This document shows, one piece after another, positions 19,149-27,642 of a DNA stretch of 64,000 nt. The position numbers and the translations under genes were made by a program. Location: the NCBI GenBank assembly GCA_044229975.1, contig JBGARZ010000016.1, positions 1 to 64,000 of the forward strand, given 5' to 3'. Numbering within the stretch: the stretch's first letter is position 1; the number at the start of each line of letters is the position of its first letter. The notes beneath the pieces were generated by a model. That model saw only the letters and a program-made list of their open reading frames with translations. It was not told where the DNA came from and made no database searches. This stretch comes from Polyangiales bacterium (GTDB taxonomy: Bacteria; Myxococcota_A; Polyangia; Polyangiales; Ga0077539).

Positions 19149-20918
19149 GTGGACATCGCACCGGGCTACGACGTCGTCATCGCCGGGGGGGGCCCAGGGG
19201 GCAGCACGCTGGCGGCCTTGCTACAACGCAAGACCAACCTTCGGGTTCTCGTCATCGAGGCCGAGACCTTCCCGCGTGAGCACATCGGGGAATCGTTTAC
19301 CCAACGTGTGACGTCGGTGTTGGCGGAGAGCGGTGGTCTCGCGAAGATTCTGGCCAGTGGGTGCTGGGTGAAGAAGTTCGGCGGCTACTACGCGTGGGGC
19401 GACGGCGACCCGGCGGTGTCGCTCTTCGAGCACAAGGACTGGGAGCGCGACGGCATCCTGCGCTGGTCCTTCCACGCCGACCGGCCGCAGATGGATTCGA
19501 TCCTGCTCCAGCACGCCCGCGACTGCGGCGCCGCCGTCCTCGAAGGGGTCGGCGTCAAGACGGTCGACCTGCTGCCCGACGAGCACGTCGTGCTCCTCGA
19601 CGACGGGCGGCGCGTCGGCTGTCGGCTCTTCGTCGACGCGACTGGCCGTGTGACCGACCTCGCGTCCCGGCAGCGCAAGAAGTTCCTCTCGCAGTACCAG
19701 AACATCGCGATCTGGACGCACGTCGTCGACTCTCTCCCCGCGCAGGCCGCCCCCGGCGACTGGAACGTCTTCCGCAAGCTGGGCGTCTCCTCCATCGGCT
19801 CGTACGCCTTCGAGGACGGCTGGTTCTGGTACATCCCCGTGCCGAAGATCATCGACGGCCAGCGCGTCGTCACGCACTCGCTCGGCGTCGTCACCGACCC
19901 CCGCGTGCTCAAGCAGCCGGGCAAGGACTTCCGCGACCTCGACCGCCTCATGGACGCAGCGCGCCGCACGCCCATCCTCGGTGAGCTCATCGCCGACGCG
20001 CGCCCCATCACCACGCGCACCTCCACGGCGACCAACTACTCCATGATCGCCGACCGCTTCTGCTCCTTCGACGAGCGCTGGGTCTCCATCGGCGACGCGG
20101 CCTACTTCGTCGACCCGCTCTTCTCGTCGGGCGTCGCGTTCACCGTGAACCACGCGTCGTCGGCGGCGCTGCTCATCCAGAGCATGTTCGCGGAGTCGGT
20201 CCCGGAGCGGGACAAGCGCGACCTCTTCCGCGACTACGACGAGGGCTGGCGGCGCATCGCGTCGTCCTTCGCGCTGGTGCTCGACCAGTGGTACCACGCG
20301 ATCGCGCGCAACCACCCGGGCAGCGTCTACTGGCAGACGCGCATCGACGAGTCGCTGGTCGACCTGCGGCTGCCGACCTTCAACGACCTGGTCGACACCG
20401 CGGTGAGCCCCGACCTCCTGCTCGTCATCACGAAGGGCGAGGGCAAGCTCTCGGAGCTCGGCACCGATGGCCCGCTCGTGGAGGTGCTCGGCCGCACCGG
20501 TCAGGAGCCCGACGACGACCAGGAGCTCGCGCTGGCCGCCGACGTCACGGTCCGCCCGACGTTGTCGCTGGGCGTCGGCCGGTCGATGCAAAACGTCGCG
20601 CTGATGAACTTCCCCGCCGACGAGGCGCTCGCCCGCCTGCGGGACTACTGGGCCGACCCCGTCGCCAACCAGCATCGGCTCCCCGCACTCTACGAGAAGC
20701 CGCTCCAGTTTCATCGCTTCGAGCGCGCGGTGGGGGAAGGAGGCATCGGGTTCTTCGACCCGCGCGACGGCGGCCTCCAGCTCGCCGAGCTCCTGCGCGC
20801 GAAGGTGCGCTACGGCGACGTGCGCCCGCGCCTCACCGAGCTGCAACGGGTGCTCGTGCGCAAGCTCCGCGGGGCCGAGATGCTCGACCTCGGCCCGTCA
20901 CCGACCAACGCGTCATGA
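19149..20918 (+). CDS. Flavin-dependent halogenase with a long C-terminal extension
   Basis: GGGPGG FAD motif, FPREHIGES, VKKFGG (putative catalytic Lys), WFWYIP (WxWxIP, 19821-19838) and GDAAYFVDPLFSSGV. Confidence 0.85.
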   Translation: MDIAPGYDVVIAGGGPGGSTLAALLQRKTNLRVLVIEAETFPREHIGESFTQRVTSVLAESGGLAKILASGCWVKKFGGYYAWGDGDPAVSLFEHKDWERDGILRWSFHADRPQMDSILLQHARDCGAAVLEGVGVKTVDLLPDEHVVLLDDGRRVGCRLFVDATGRVTDLASRQRKKFLSQYQNIAIWTHVVDSLPAQAAPGDWNVFRKLGVSSIGSYAFEDGWFWYIPVPKIIDGQRVVTHSLGVVTDPRVLKQPGKDFRDLDRLMDAARRTPILGELIADARPITTRTSTATNYSMIADRFCSFDERWVSIGDAAYFVDPLFSSGVAFTVNHASSAALLIQSMFAESVPERDKRDLFRDYDEGWRRIASSFALVLDQWYHAIARNHPGSVYWQTRIDESLVDLRLPTFNDLVDTAVSPDLLLVITKGEGKLSELGTDGPLVEVLGRTGQEPDDDQELALAADVTVRPTLSLGVGRSMQNVALMNFPADEALARLRDYWADPVANQHRLPALYEKPLQFHRFERAVGEGGIGFFDPRDGGLQLAELLRAKVRYGDVRPRLTELQRVLVRKLRGAEMLDLGPSPTNAS

Positions 20919-20921
20919 CCG

Positions 20922-23366
20922 TCAGTGCGTGCTGGCTCGCTCGACGAGCGGGACGAGCGACACGCACAGGCGATTGACCTGCGCGCGCAGCTCGTGGAGC
21001 AGGTCGGGACGGCCCGCGAGCTCATCGGTCGTCTCGACGCTCTCGACCCGCTGCGCGGCGTGGGTCGCCGACATCGCGCCGAAGTACGAGATCGACCCGC
21101 GCAGGGCGTGCGCGGCGGTTCGCAGCCGCCCGACATCGCCGTCCGCGGCGGCGTTGGAGACGTCGCCGAGCATGCGCGGAACACTCGCCAGGAAGATGCC
21201 CGCCACCTCGCTCATGAGCTCCGCGTCGCCGTCGCAGCGCGCGAGCAGCGCGTCGGGGTCGAACACCACGTCGGTCGGGGGAGGAGTCGGCGCCGGTGCC
21301 GTCGCGACTGTTCCGTCGGCGGTGACGGCGGCGATCATCGCGTGCAGGTCGTCGGGCTGCACGGGCTTCGAGAGGTACGCGTCCATGCCCGCGGCGAGAC
21401 ACTCTTCGCGGTCCTTCACCAGCGCGTGGGCGGTGAGCGCGACGACGGGCGTCCGTCGGCCGCTGCCCTCCCGCCGGCGGAGTTCGCGGGTGGCGTCGAG
21501 GCCGTTCATCGTCGGCATCTGCACGTCCATGAGCACGAGATCGAAGGGGCCGTCTTCCAGGGCTCGCAGCGCCTCCGCGCCGTTTTCCACGATCACCACG
21601 CGGTGGCCGCGCTTGAGCAGGGTGCGGGAGGTGACCTCCTTGTTCACGGGGTTGTCCTCGGCCAGGAGGATGTGGAGCGGACGCGTCACCGTCGGCGTGA
21701 CCGTCACCTCGGGCGCCCTCGTGGGCGGGACGGGCGCCCCGAGGGCGCGATCGATGGCCGCGAGCAGATCAGACCGCTTCACGGGCTTGGTCACGAAGAA
21801 CTCGACGCCGAGCGTTCGCGCCGCGTCGCCGACGGAGTGATCGGGCGCGAGCATCAGGATCACCGCGCCCGCGAGCGTCGGGTCTTCCTTGAGCTTCCTG
21901 GCGAGCGCGAGCCCGTTGGTCTCGGGCATGTGCGCGTCGAGGAGCACCAGGGGGAAAGGGGTCCGGCGATCGCGCGCCTGACGGAGCGTCGCCAGGGTCT
22001 CCTCGCCCGACGCGGCGAACGTGGGCGCACCGCCCCAGCTCTCCAACATCCCTCCCAGGATGCGGCGGGTCGTGGCGCTGTCGTCCACGACGAGCACGGG
22101 CAGACCCCTGAACCTCGCCGGGCCCACGGGGCGGGTGCGCGCGCGGGGCGTTCCCACCGCGGGCAGGTCGAGGTGCACGGTGAAATGAAACCGGCTCCCG
22201 CGCCCGATCTCGCTCTCCAGCCAGATGTGCCCGCCCATGAGCGCGACGAGCCGGGCCGCGATGGTGAGGCCGAGCCCCGTGCCGCCGAGCCGTCGCGACG
22301 TCCCGACGGCCTGGGTGAAGGACTCGAAGATCGCCGCGTGCATGGCCGCGGGGATGCCCGGTCCCGTATCGCTCACCGTGATGTGGAGCACGGCCCCGCC
22401 GCCCTCGGCCTGCGGCTCCCACGCGACGTCGACGACGACCTCGCCGCGCTCCGTGTACTTCACGGCGTTGCTGACGAGGTTGACGACCACCTGGCGGAGG
22501 CGGCCCTTGTCGCCGACGACCTCCTCGGGCACGTCGTCGGCCACGCGGCACGCGAGCTCGATGCGCTTCTGGTGGGCGCGCAGCGCGAGCGTGAGGGCCG
22601 CGTCGCCGATGCACTCGCGCGGGTCGAAGATCTCGGGGTCGAGCGTCATCTTGCCGGCCTCGATCTTCGAGTGGTCGAGGACGCCGTTGATCACGTCGAG
22701 CAGCGCGTCGGCCGAGCTCTTCACGAGGCCGAGGTACTCGCGCTGGTGGCGCGTCAGCTCGGTCTCCAGGAGCAGCTCGGTCATCCCGATGATGCCGCTC
22801 ATGGGGCTGCGGACCTCGTGGCTCACGTTGGAGAGCAGCTCGCTCCTCGCCGCGGCCGCCCGCTCTGCGTCGGCCTTGGCGCGCTGATTCGACGCTTCGA
22901 GGCGCCGCTGCTCCGTGACGTCGCGCAGCACGACCACGCCGCCCAGCGGCTCTCCGTCGCCGCCCGTCAGCGGCCGCCCCTCACACGTGACGACGGCCCC
23001 GTCGGAGGCGAGGCCGCGTCGGACGAACAGCTCCAGGCCCGTGAAGGTTTCGCCCGCGGCAGCGCGTTGGAGCGGCAGGTCGGCGGGCGTGGTGCCGTCG
23101 GCGAGGGTCAGCACCCCGCGCCGCCGCTCCGCCCAATCATCCGCGTCGGGAGCGACCCCGAGGATGCGGCTCGCCGCCGGGTTGAAGAACACGACGCGGG
23201 CGCTCGGGTCGAGGGCGATGACGCCTTCGTCCATCGCCGTGACGGCCGCGCCGAGGATGGCGACCGTGCGCTCCAGCTCAGACCGGCGCGCGGCGATGCG
23301 GGCCGTCGCTCGCGACCGGGCGAGCTGGGCCACGCGGCGACGAAGGGCACTGGGGCGGTGGTTCAT
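20922..23366 (-). CDS. Hybrid histidine kinase PAS-HisKA-HATPase-REC-REC-Hpt
   Basis: SHEVRSP H-box, two intact REC domains (LLDAHMP, LMDVQMP) and Hpt AHALRG. Confidence 0.95.
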   Translation of the reverse strand: MNHRPSALRRRVAQLARSRATARIAARRSELERTVAILGAAVTAMDEGVIALDPSARVVFFNPAASRILGVAPDADDWAERRRGVLTLADGTTPADLPLQRAAAGETFTGLELFVRRGLASDGAVVTCEGRPLTGGDGEPLGGVVVLRDVTEQRRLEASNQRAKADAERAAAARSELLSNVSHEVRSPMSGIIGMTELLLETELTRHQREYLGLVKSSADALLDVINGVLDHSKIEAGKMTLDPEIFDPRECIGDAALTLALRAHQKRIELACRVADDVPEEVVGDKGRLRQVVVNLVSNAVKYTERGEVVVDVAWEPQAEGGGAVLHITVSDTGPGIPAAMHAAIFESFTQAVGTSRRLGGTGLGLTIAARLVALMGGHIWLESEIGRGSRFHFTVHLDLPAVGTPRARTRPVGPARFRGLPVLVVDDSATTRRILGGMLESWGGAPTFAASGEETLATLRQARDRRTPFPLVLLDAHMPETNGLALARKLKEDPTLAGAVILMLAPDHSVGDAARTLGVEFFVTKPVKRSDLLAAIDRALGAPVPPTRAPEVTVTPTVTRPLHILLAEDNPVNKEVTSRTLLKRGHRVVIVENGAEALRALEDGPFDLVLMDVQMPTMNGLDATRELRRREGSGRRTPVVALTAHALVKDREECLAAGMDAYLSKPVQPDDLHAMIAAVTADGTVATAPAPTPPPTDVVFDPDALLARCDGDAELMSEVAGIFLASVPRMLGDVSNAAADGDVGRLRTAAHALRGSISYFGAMSATHAAQRVESVETTDELAGRPDLLHELRAQVNRLCVSLVPLVERASTH

Positions 23367-24340
23367 GGTTCTGACACCTGGGGTTGGGTAGCGTCATCGC
23401 CGTACTCGGCCCGGTTGCGGCCGCCGTTCTTGGCGCGATAGAGAGCGCGGTCTGCCTCGGTGACGAGCGCCGCCGCGGAGATGTCCGATCGCTGCCCGCT
23501 CGCCGCCGCGCCGAGGCTGATGGTGACCGAGACGGCGCGGCCTCCGTTGGTCACGAGGGCGTCGGCGACGGCGAGGCGCGCCCGCTCGGCGATGGCTCGC
23601 AGGTCGCCGAGCAGACACCCCGGCAACACCACCAGGATCTCCTCACCCCCGTAACGCCCGATGGAATCGTTCGCGCGGAGCGACCCCTTGATGCGCGCGA
23701 CGGTGTCGCGGATGACCGCGTCGCCGACGTCGTGACCGTGCGTGTCGTTGACGTCCTTGAAGCGGTCGATGTCGATCATCAAGACCGCGACCGACGTGCC
23801 GTCGTTGCGCGCTCGTTCGAGCTCGAGGCTCAAGGCGCCGAGGATCGCTTCGCGGTTTCGCACGCCCGTCAGCGCGTCGAAGGTGGCCTGCATGCGCAGG
23901 CGCTCCTGGGCGTCGAGGAGGGCAGACTGCACGTCGAGCACGCGCTCGCCCGCGCGGACGCGAGCGACGAGCTCGTCGGGGCGGAAGGGCTTGCTGAGGT
24001 AGTCATCGGCGCCGGCGTCGAGCGCCTCGACGAGGTCCGAGGTGTCGCTCCGGGCCGTGAGGAGGAGCACATACGCGTAGGGCCGATCGGTGCGCGACCG
24101 CAAGCGCCGGCACACGTCGACGCCGTCGAGTCCCGGCATCGACCAGTCGAGGACGGCGAGGCCCGGCGCGTCGTCGTGCTCCATGATCTGCCACGCCTCG
24201 GAGCCGTCGGCCGCGACCACGACCTCGTAGCCCCGCGACGTGAAGAGCCTCTCCAGCAGACGGCGCCCGACCCCATCGTCGTCGGCGATGAGGATGCGAC
24301 GCGGCGCCTCCGACGCCCCATGGTCGGTCGAGGGGCTCAT
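23363..24340 (-). CDS. Response regulator-diguanylate cyclase (REC-GGDEF)
   Basis: ILIADDD, LDWSMP, DALTG, DIDRFK.VND, RAND I-site and GGEEI. ATGA overlap with the downstream kinase. Confidence 0.93.
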   Translation of the reverse strand: MSPSTDHGASEAPRRILIADDDGVGRRLLERLFTSRGYEVVVAADGSEAWQIMEHDDAPGLAVLDWSMPGLDGVDVCRRLRSRTDRPYAYVLLLTARSDTSDLVEALDAGADDYLSKPFRPDELVARVRAGERVLDVQSALLDAQERLRMQATFDALTGVRNREAILGALSLELERARNDGTSVAVLMIDIDRFKDVNDTHGHDVGDAVIRDTVARIKGSLRANDSIGRYGGEEILVVLPGCLLGDLRAIAERARLAVADALVTNGGRAVSVTISLGAAASGQRSDISAAALVTEADRALYRAKNGGRNRAEYGDDATQPQVSEP

Positions 24341-24549
24341 GTCGCGGTGGTCCCCACTCGGTCTCGACCGAGCATCAAGACCAGCGGGATCTGAATGCCC
24401 GAGCATCGAAGCATGGCGCGCCGTACTGCCAACATCTCCCGTCGCGCCCTCGCGAGCAAGCGCCACGAACGCAGCTCGCCCTTCCTCCTGCGTTGTGTCG
24501 AGACCGCCACGCACCGACATCGCCAGACATCGGTGTCGCCAACCCGGTC

Positions 24550-26634
24550 TCAACGGAGCGCCGCGAGGTCGGCCCGCGCCACCCGACTGAACACCGGCGG
24601 TCGCCCGATGGGCGCCTCCACCGTCACCTCCGACGGGCCCACGCGGCGCACCGTCGGGTCCCACACGTCGAACCACTCGCCCGGCGGCAGGTACACCGTC
24701 CGCGACGTCGCGCCCTGGGTCACCACCGGCGCCACCAGCAGCGCGTCGCCCAGCATGAACTCGTCGCGCACGTCGTAGCCCCGTACATCCTCGGGGAAGG
24801 CCAGGCCCAGCGCCCGCACGATGGGCATGCCCGTCCGCTGGTGAGCCTCCCCGAGCGCGCGAATCTCCGCCGCGAGCGCACGGTGCACGCGCGCGAAGCG
24901 GGCGAAGTGCCGGGTGGTGTCGTCGTCGCGGTCCCACGCCCAGTTGTCGGGGCCGCGCAGCCCCTCGTGGGTGCGAAACACCGGGGTGAAGGCCGCGAGC
25001 TCGACCCACCGTTGATAGAGCTCGCGCGTGCTCGGCCCGCCGGAGAAGCCCGCCACGTCGTGGGTGCAGTACCCGACGCCCGCCATGCCGAGCGACACCA
25101 TCGCGGGGATCACCGTGCGCAGCCCGTCGTGCTCGTCCCAGGTGGCCTCCTGGTCGCCCGCCCACACCACCTGCGAGACCTGCGCGGTGCGCAGCCAGCC
25201 CGAGCGCGACAGCAGGATCCAGTCGCCGTCCGGGTGACGGCGCTCCAGCACCTCGCGCGCCGCTCGCTGCCAGCGCTCGGGGTAGCGGTTGTGCGCGCGT
25301 CGGGCGTCGCTGCCGTCGGACACCACCGCGTCGTGCGGGAGCCACTCGCCGAAGTCCTGCATCCAGCCGCTCATGCCGAGGTCGAGCGCGCGGTCGGCGT
25401 AGCCCTGAAACCACGTCACCGCCGCGGCGTTGTTGACGTCGAGCAAGCCCCCGGAGAACACCGCGATCACGAAGGTGTAGGGCGACCCGTCGGCCCGTCG
25501 CACCGCGAATCCCTGGCGTACGGCGGGCTCGTAGAGGTCCTGCTCGGGGGCGAGGAAGGGGTTGAAGTACCCGAGGAAGCGAACGCCCTGCGCCCGCAGC
25601 TCGCCGATGAGCCCGCCGAGGTCGGGGTACCGCGTCTCGTCGACCGACCAGCGGTAGCGCACGCCCGCGTTGCCCCCGCCGAAGTCCCTCCGTCCGAGCC
25701 AGTCCTGGGCCCACACCGCCGCCGTCGGCACCTCGAAGCGCCGCGCCCGATCGACCGCCGCGCGCACCGTCGCGGGGCCGCCCTGCACCCCGAGCCACAC
25801 GCCATCGACGGCCCAGGCCGGGGGCGCCGCGCTGCGCCCCTGGAGCAGCGTCCAGGCGCGCATCACGTCGGCGACCGTCGGCCCGGTGTAGAGGCGCACG
25901 ACGAGCTCGCGGTCTTCCTGCGCGGAGAAGGTCCAGGCGCTGGGGTCGTCGACGCAGAGGTCGGCGTCGGCGCGCGCGTCGGTGTCGAGCGCCACGCCGA
26001 AGCCCCGCGGGTCGAGGAAGAACGGGACCGGAAAATACGTGGTGGTGTGGTCGCCCGAGAAGGCGTTGCGGCGGTTGGGGTCGCGGCCGATGCCCTGCTC
26101 GCTCACCCACAGCGGAACATGGGCCCCGCGGTGATCGACGGCGTTGTACTGCTCGCCGAAGCCCAGGAAGTGCGACGCCGCCTCGCAGCGAAAGCGCACC
26201 CCGAGCTCGCGCGGCGCCGTCGCGCCCTGCATCGACGCCCGCAGCTCGACCTCGTCGGGCGACACCCGGCGCACCCGCAGGGACGACGTGCCGTCGGGAC
26301 CGCGGGCGTCGAGCACGATGGCGTCGCCGTCGACGGCGAGGCGGGTGATGGCGGCGGGCTGCTGCGTGACGACGTCGCGCTGCGCGAAGGTCCATTGCCC
26401 GAAGGCGCTGCGCACGGTCTCATCGTAGGTGCGAGCGAACACCGGCGGGCGATCGGCGCGCAGGAGCACGCGCCCCGCGACCGTGAGCTCGACGCCGCCG
26501 CCCGCGGCGGGAGACAGGGTGAGGTCGCCGACCCGCGCGGCAGCGATGGGCGCCGTCGTCGGCGTGCTCGGCGGCGCGCAGGCAGTGAGCGCACCCGCAA
26601 GGGCGCACGCGAGGAGGCCGCGTCGACTCGTCAT
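24550..26634 (-). CDS. Glycoside hydrolase family 31 lipoprotein (YihQ-like clade)
   Basis: Lipobox LTAC, GFGEQ, LGVQGG, WAQDW, WMQDFGE (nucleophile), WAGDQ (acid/base) and FRTHEG. Confidence 0.9.
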   Translation of the reverse strand: MTSRRGLLACALAGALTACAPPSTPTTAPIAAARVGDLTLSPAAGGGVELTVAGRVLLRADRPPVFARTYDETVRSAFGQWTFAQRDVVTQQPAAITRLAVDGDAIVLDARGPDGTSSLRVRRVSPDEVELRASMQGATAPRELGVRFRCEAASHFLGFGEQYNAVDHRGAHVPLWVSEQGIGRDPNRRNAFSGDHTTTYFPVPFFLDPRGFGVALDTDARADADLCVDDPSAWTFSAQEDRELVVRLYTGPTVADVMRAWTLLQGRSAAPPAWAVDGVWLGVQGGPATVRAAVDRARRFEVPTAAVWAQDWLGRRDFGGGNAGVRYRWSVDETRYPDLGGLIGELRAQGVRFLGYFNPFLAPEQDLYEPAVRQGFAVRRADGSPYTFVIAVFSGGLLDVNNAAAVTWFQGYADRALDLGMSGWMQDFGEWLPHDAVVSDGSDARRAHNRYPERWQRAAREVLERRHPDGDWILLSRSGWLRTAQVSQVVWAGDQEATWDEHDGLRTVIPAMVSLGMAGVGYCTHDVAGFSGGPSTRELYQRWVELAAFTPVFRTHEGLRGPDNWAWDRDDDTTRHFARFARVHRALAAEIRALGEAHQRTGMPIVRALGLAFPEDVRGYDVRDEFMLGDALLVAPVVTQGATSRTVYLPPGEWFDVWDPTVRRVGPSEVTVEAPIGRPPVFSRVARADLAALR

Positions 26635-27069
26635 GGAGAGGGAGTGTGCAACGCGATCGACCTCGGCGGGGGGGGGGAAGGCACCGACGCGATCGCCGAG
26701 GCGCCGCTCCGTCGGGTCGCTCCGTCGCGGCCGACCTTCAATCAACATTGACGGTGTGCTCCGGCCATAGGCATGGATCGTATAGGCTGTGTCATGAGAT
26801 TGACTTGTCATAAGTCGGACATTGGGGCTTGTGTGGCGGAAGACCTGTGGATGTCCTGCGCCTGAACCGATGGCCGTGGCGGAATGTGCCTTCGGGCTTC
26901 GCGCGGTATGGCGTGAGATTCGGCGCGCCTGGCGACGCTTTTCCAGGAGCGGAGGGGGCCTCGATTCTCTATGGTGTTGCTTTGCCTGGGGCCGACGGTC
27001 TCATGGTAGAATGATTTCGTCCGATAGAGGTTGGCGGGTGCGGTAAGCCGACACGCGGAGGATGGCCCG

Positions 27070-27642
27070 ATGGGTCGGAAGGTGATGGCGGGAGTGTTCG
27101 GTGTCTGGTTGGCGGCGATCGCCCTCGGGACGGTCGCCTTGACCCGGCACGCCGCCGTCGCGGGCGTCGACGTGGGCACGCTCACCCGCTGGCCGACGGG
27201 CACCGCGCTGCCCCGGGGCGACGGGCGCGCGACCCTGCTCTGCTTCGTCCACCCGCGGTGCCCCTGCACCCGCGCGACGATCCGCGAGCTCGAGCGGCTG
27301 GTGTCGCGGTCGCCCGGCGCCGCGGTGCGGATCGTGTTTCGCGACGACCCGGCGGGGGACGTGACGTCGGCGGCGACGTGGTCGATGGCGGCGCGGGTGC
27401 CGGGCGCCCTCCGGGTGCGCGACCCGGGCGGCGCCGAGGCGCGGCGCTTCGGGGCCGCCACGTCGGGGCTGGTGATGCTCTTCGACGCGGACGGCGCGCT
27501 GCGATTTCGGGGCGGGGTGACGTCGGCGCGGGGGCACGAGGGCGGGAGCGCGGGGGGCGCGGCGCTGGAGGCCGCGTTGCGGGGGCGCGGGGGCGCGGCG
27601 GGGTGGGCGCGGGTCTTCGGCTGCGGGCTGGTCGAGCCGTGA
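27070..27642 (+). CDS. RedB-like exported thioredoxin-fold protein
   Basis: N-terminal TM/signal sequence and HPRCPC, FGAATSG, GGVT.ARGHEG and VFGC motifs, as I recall them for RedB-annotated proteins. Confidence 0.7.
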   Translation: MGRKVMAGVFGVWLAAIALGTVALTRHAAVAGVDVGTLTRWPTGTALPRGDGRATLLCFVHPRCPCTRATIRELERLVSRSPGAAVRIVFRDDPAGDVTSAATWSMAARVPGALRVRDPGGAEARRFGAATSGLVMLFDADGALRFRGGVTSARGHEGGSAGGAALEAALRGRGGAAGWARVFGCGLVEP

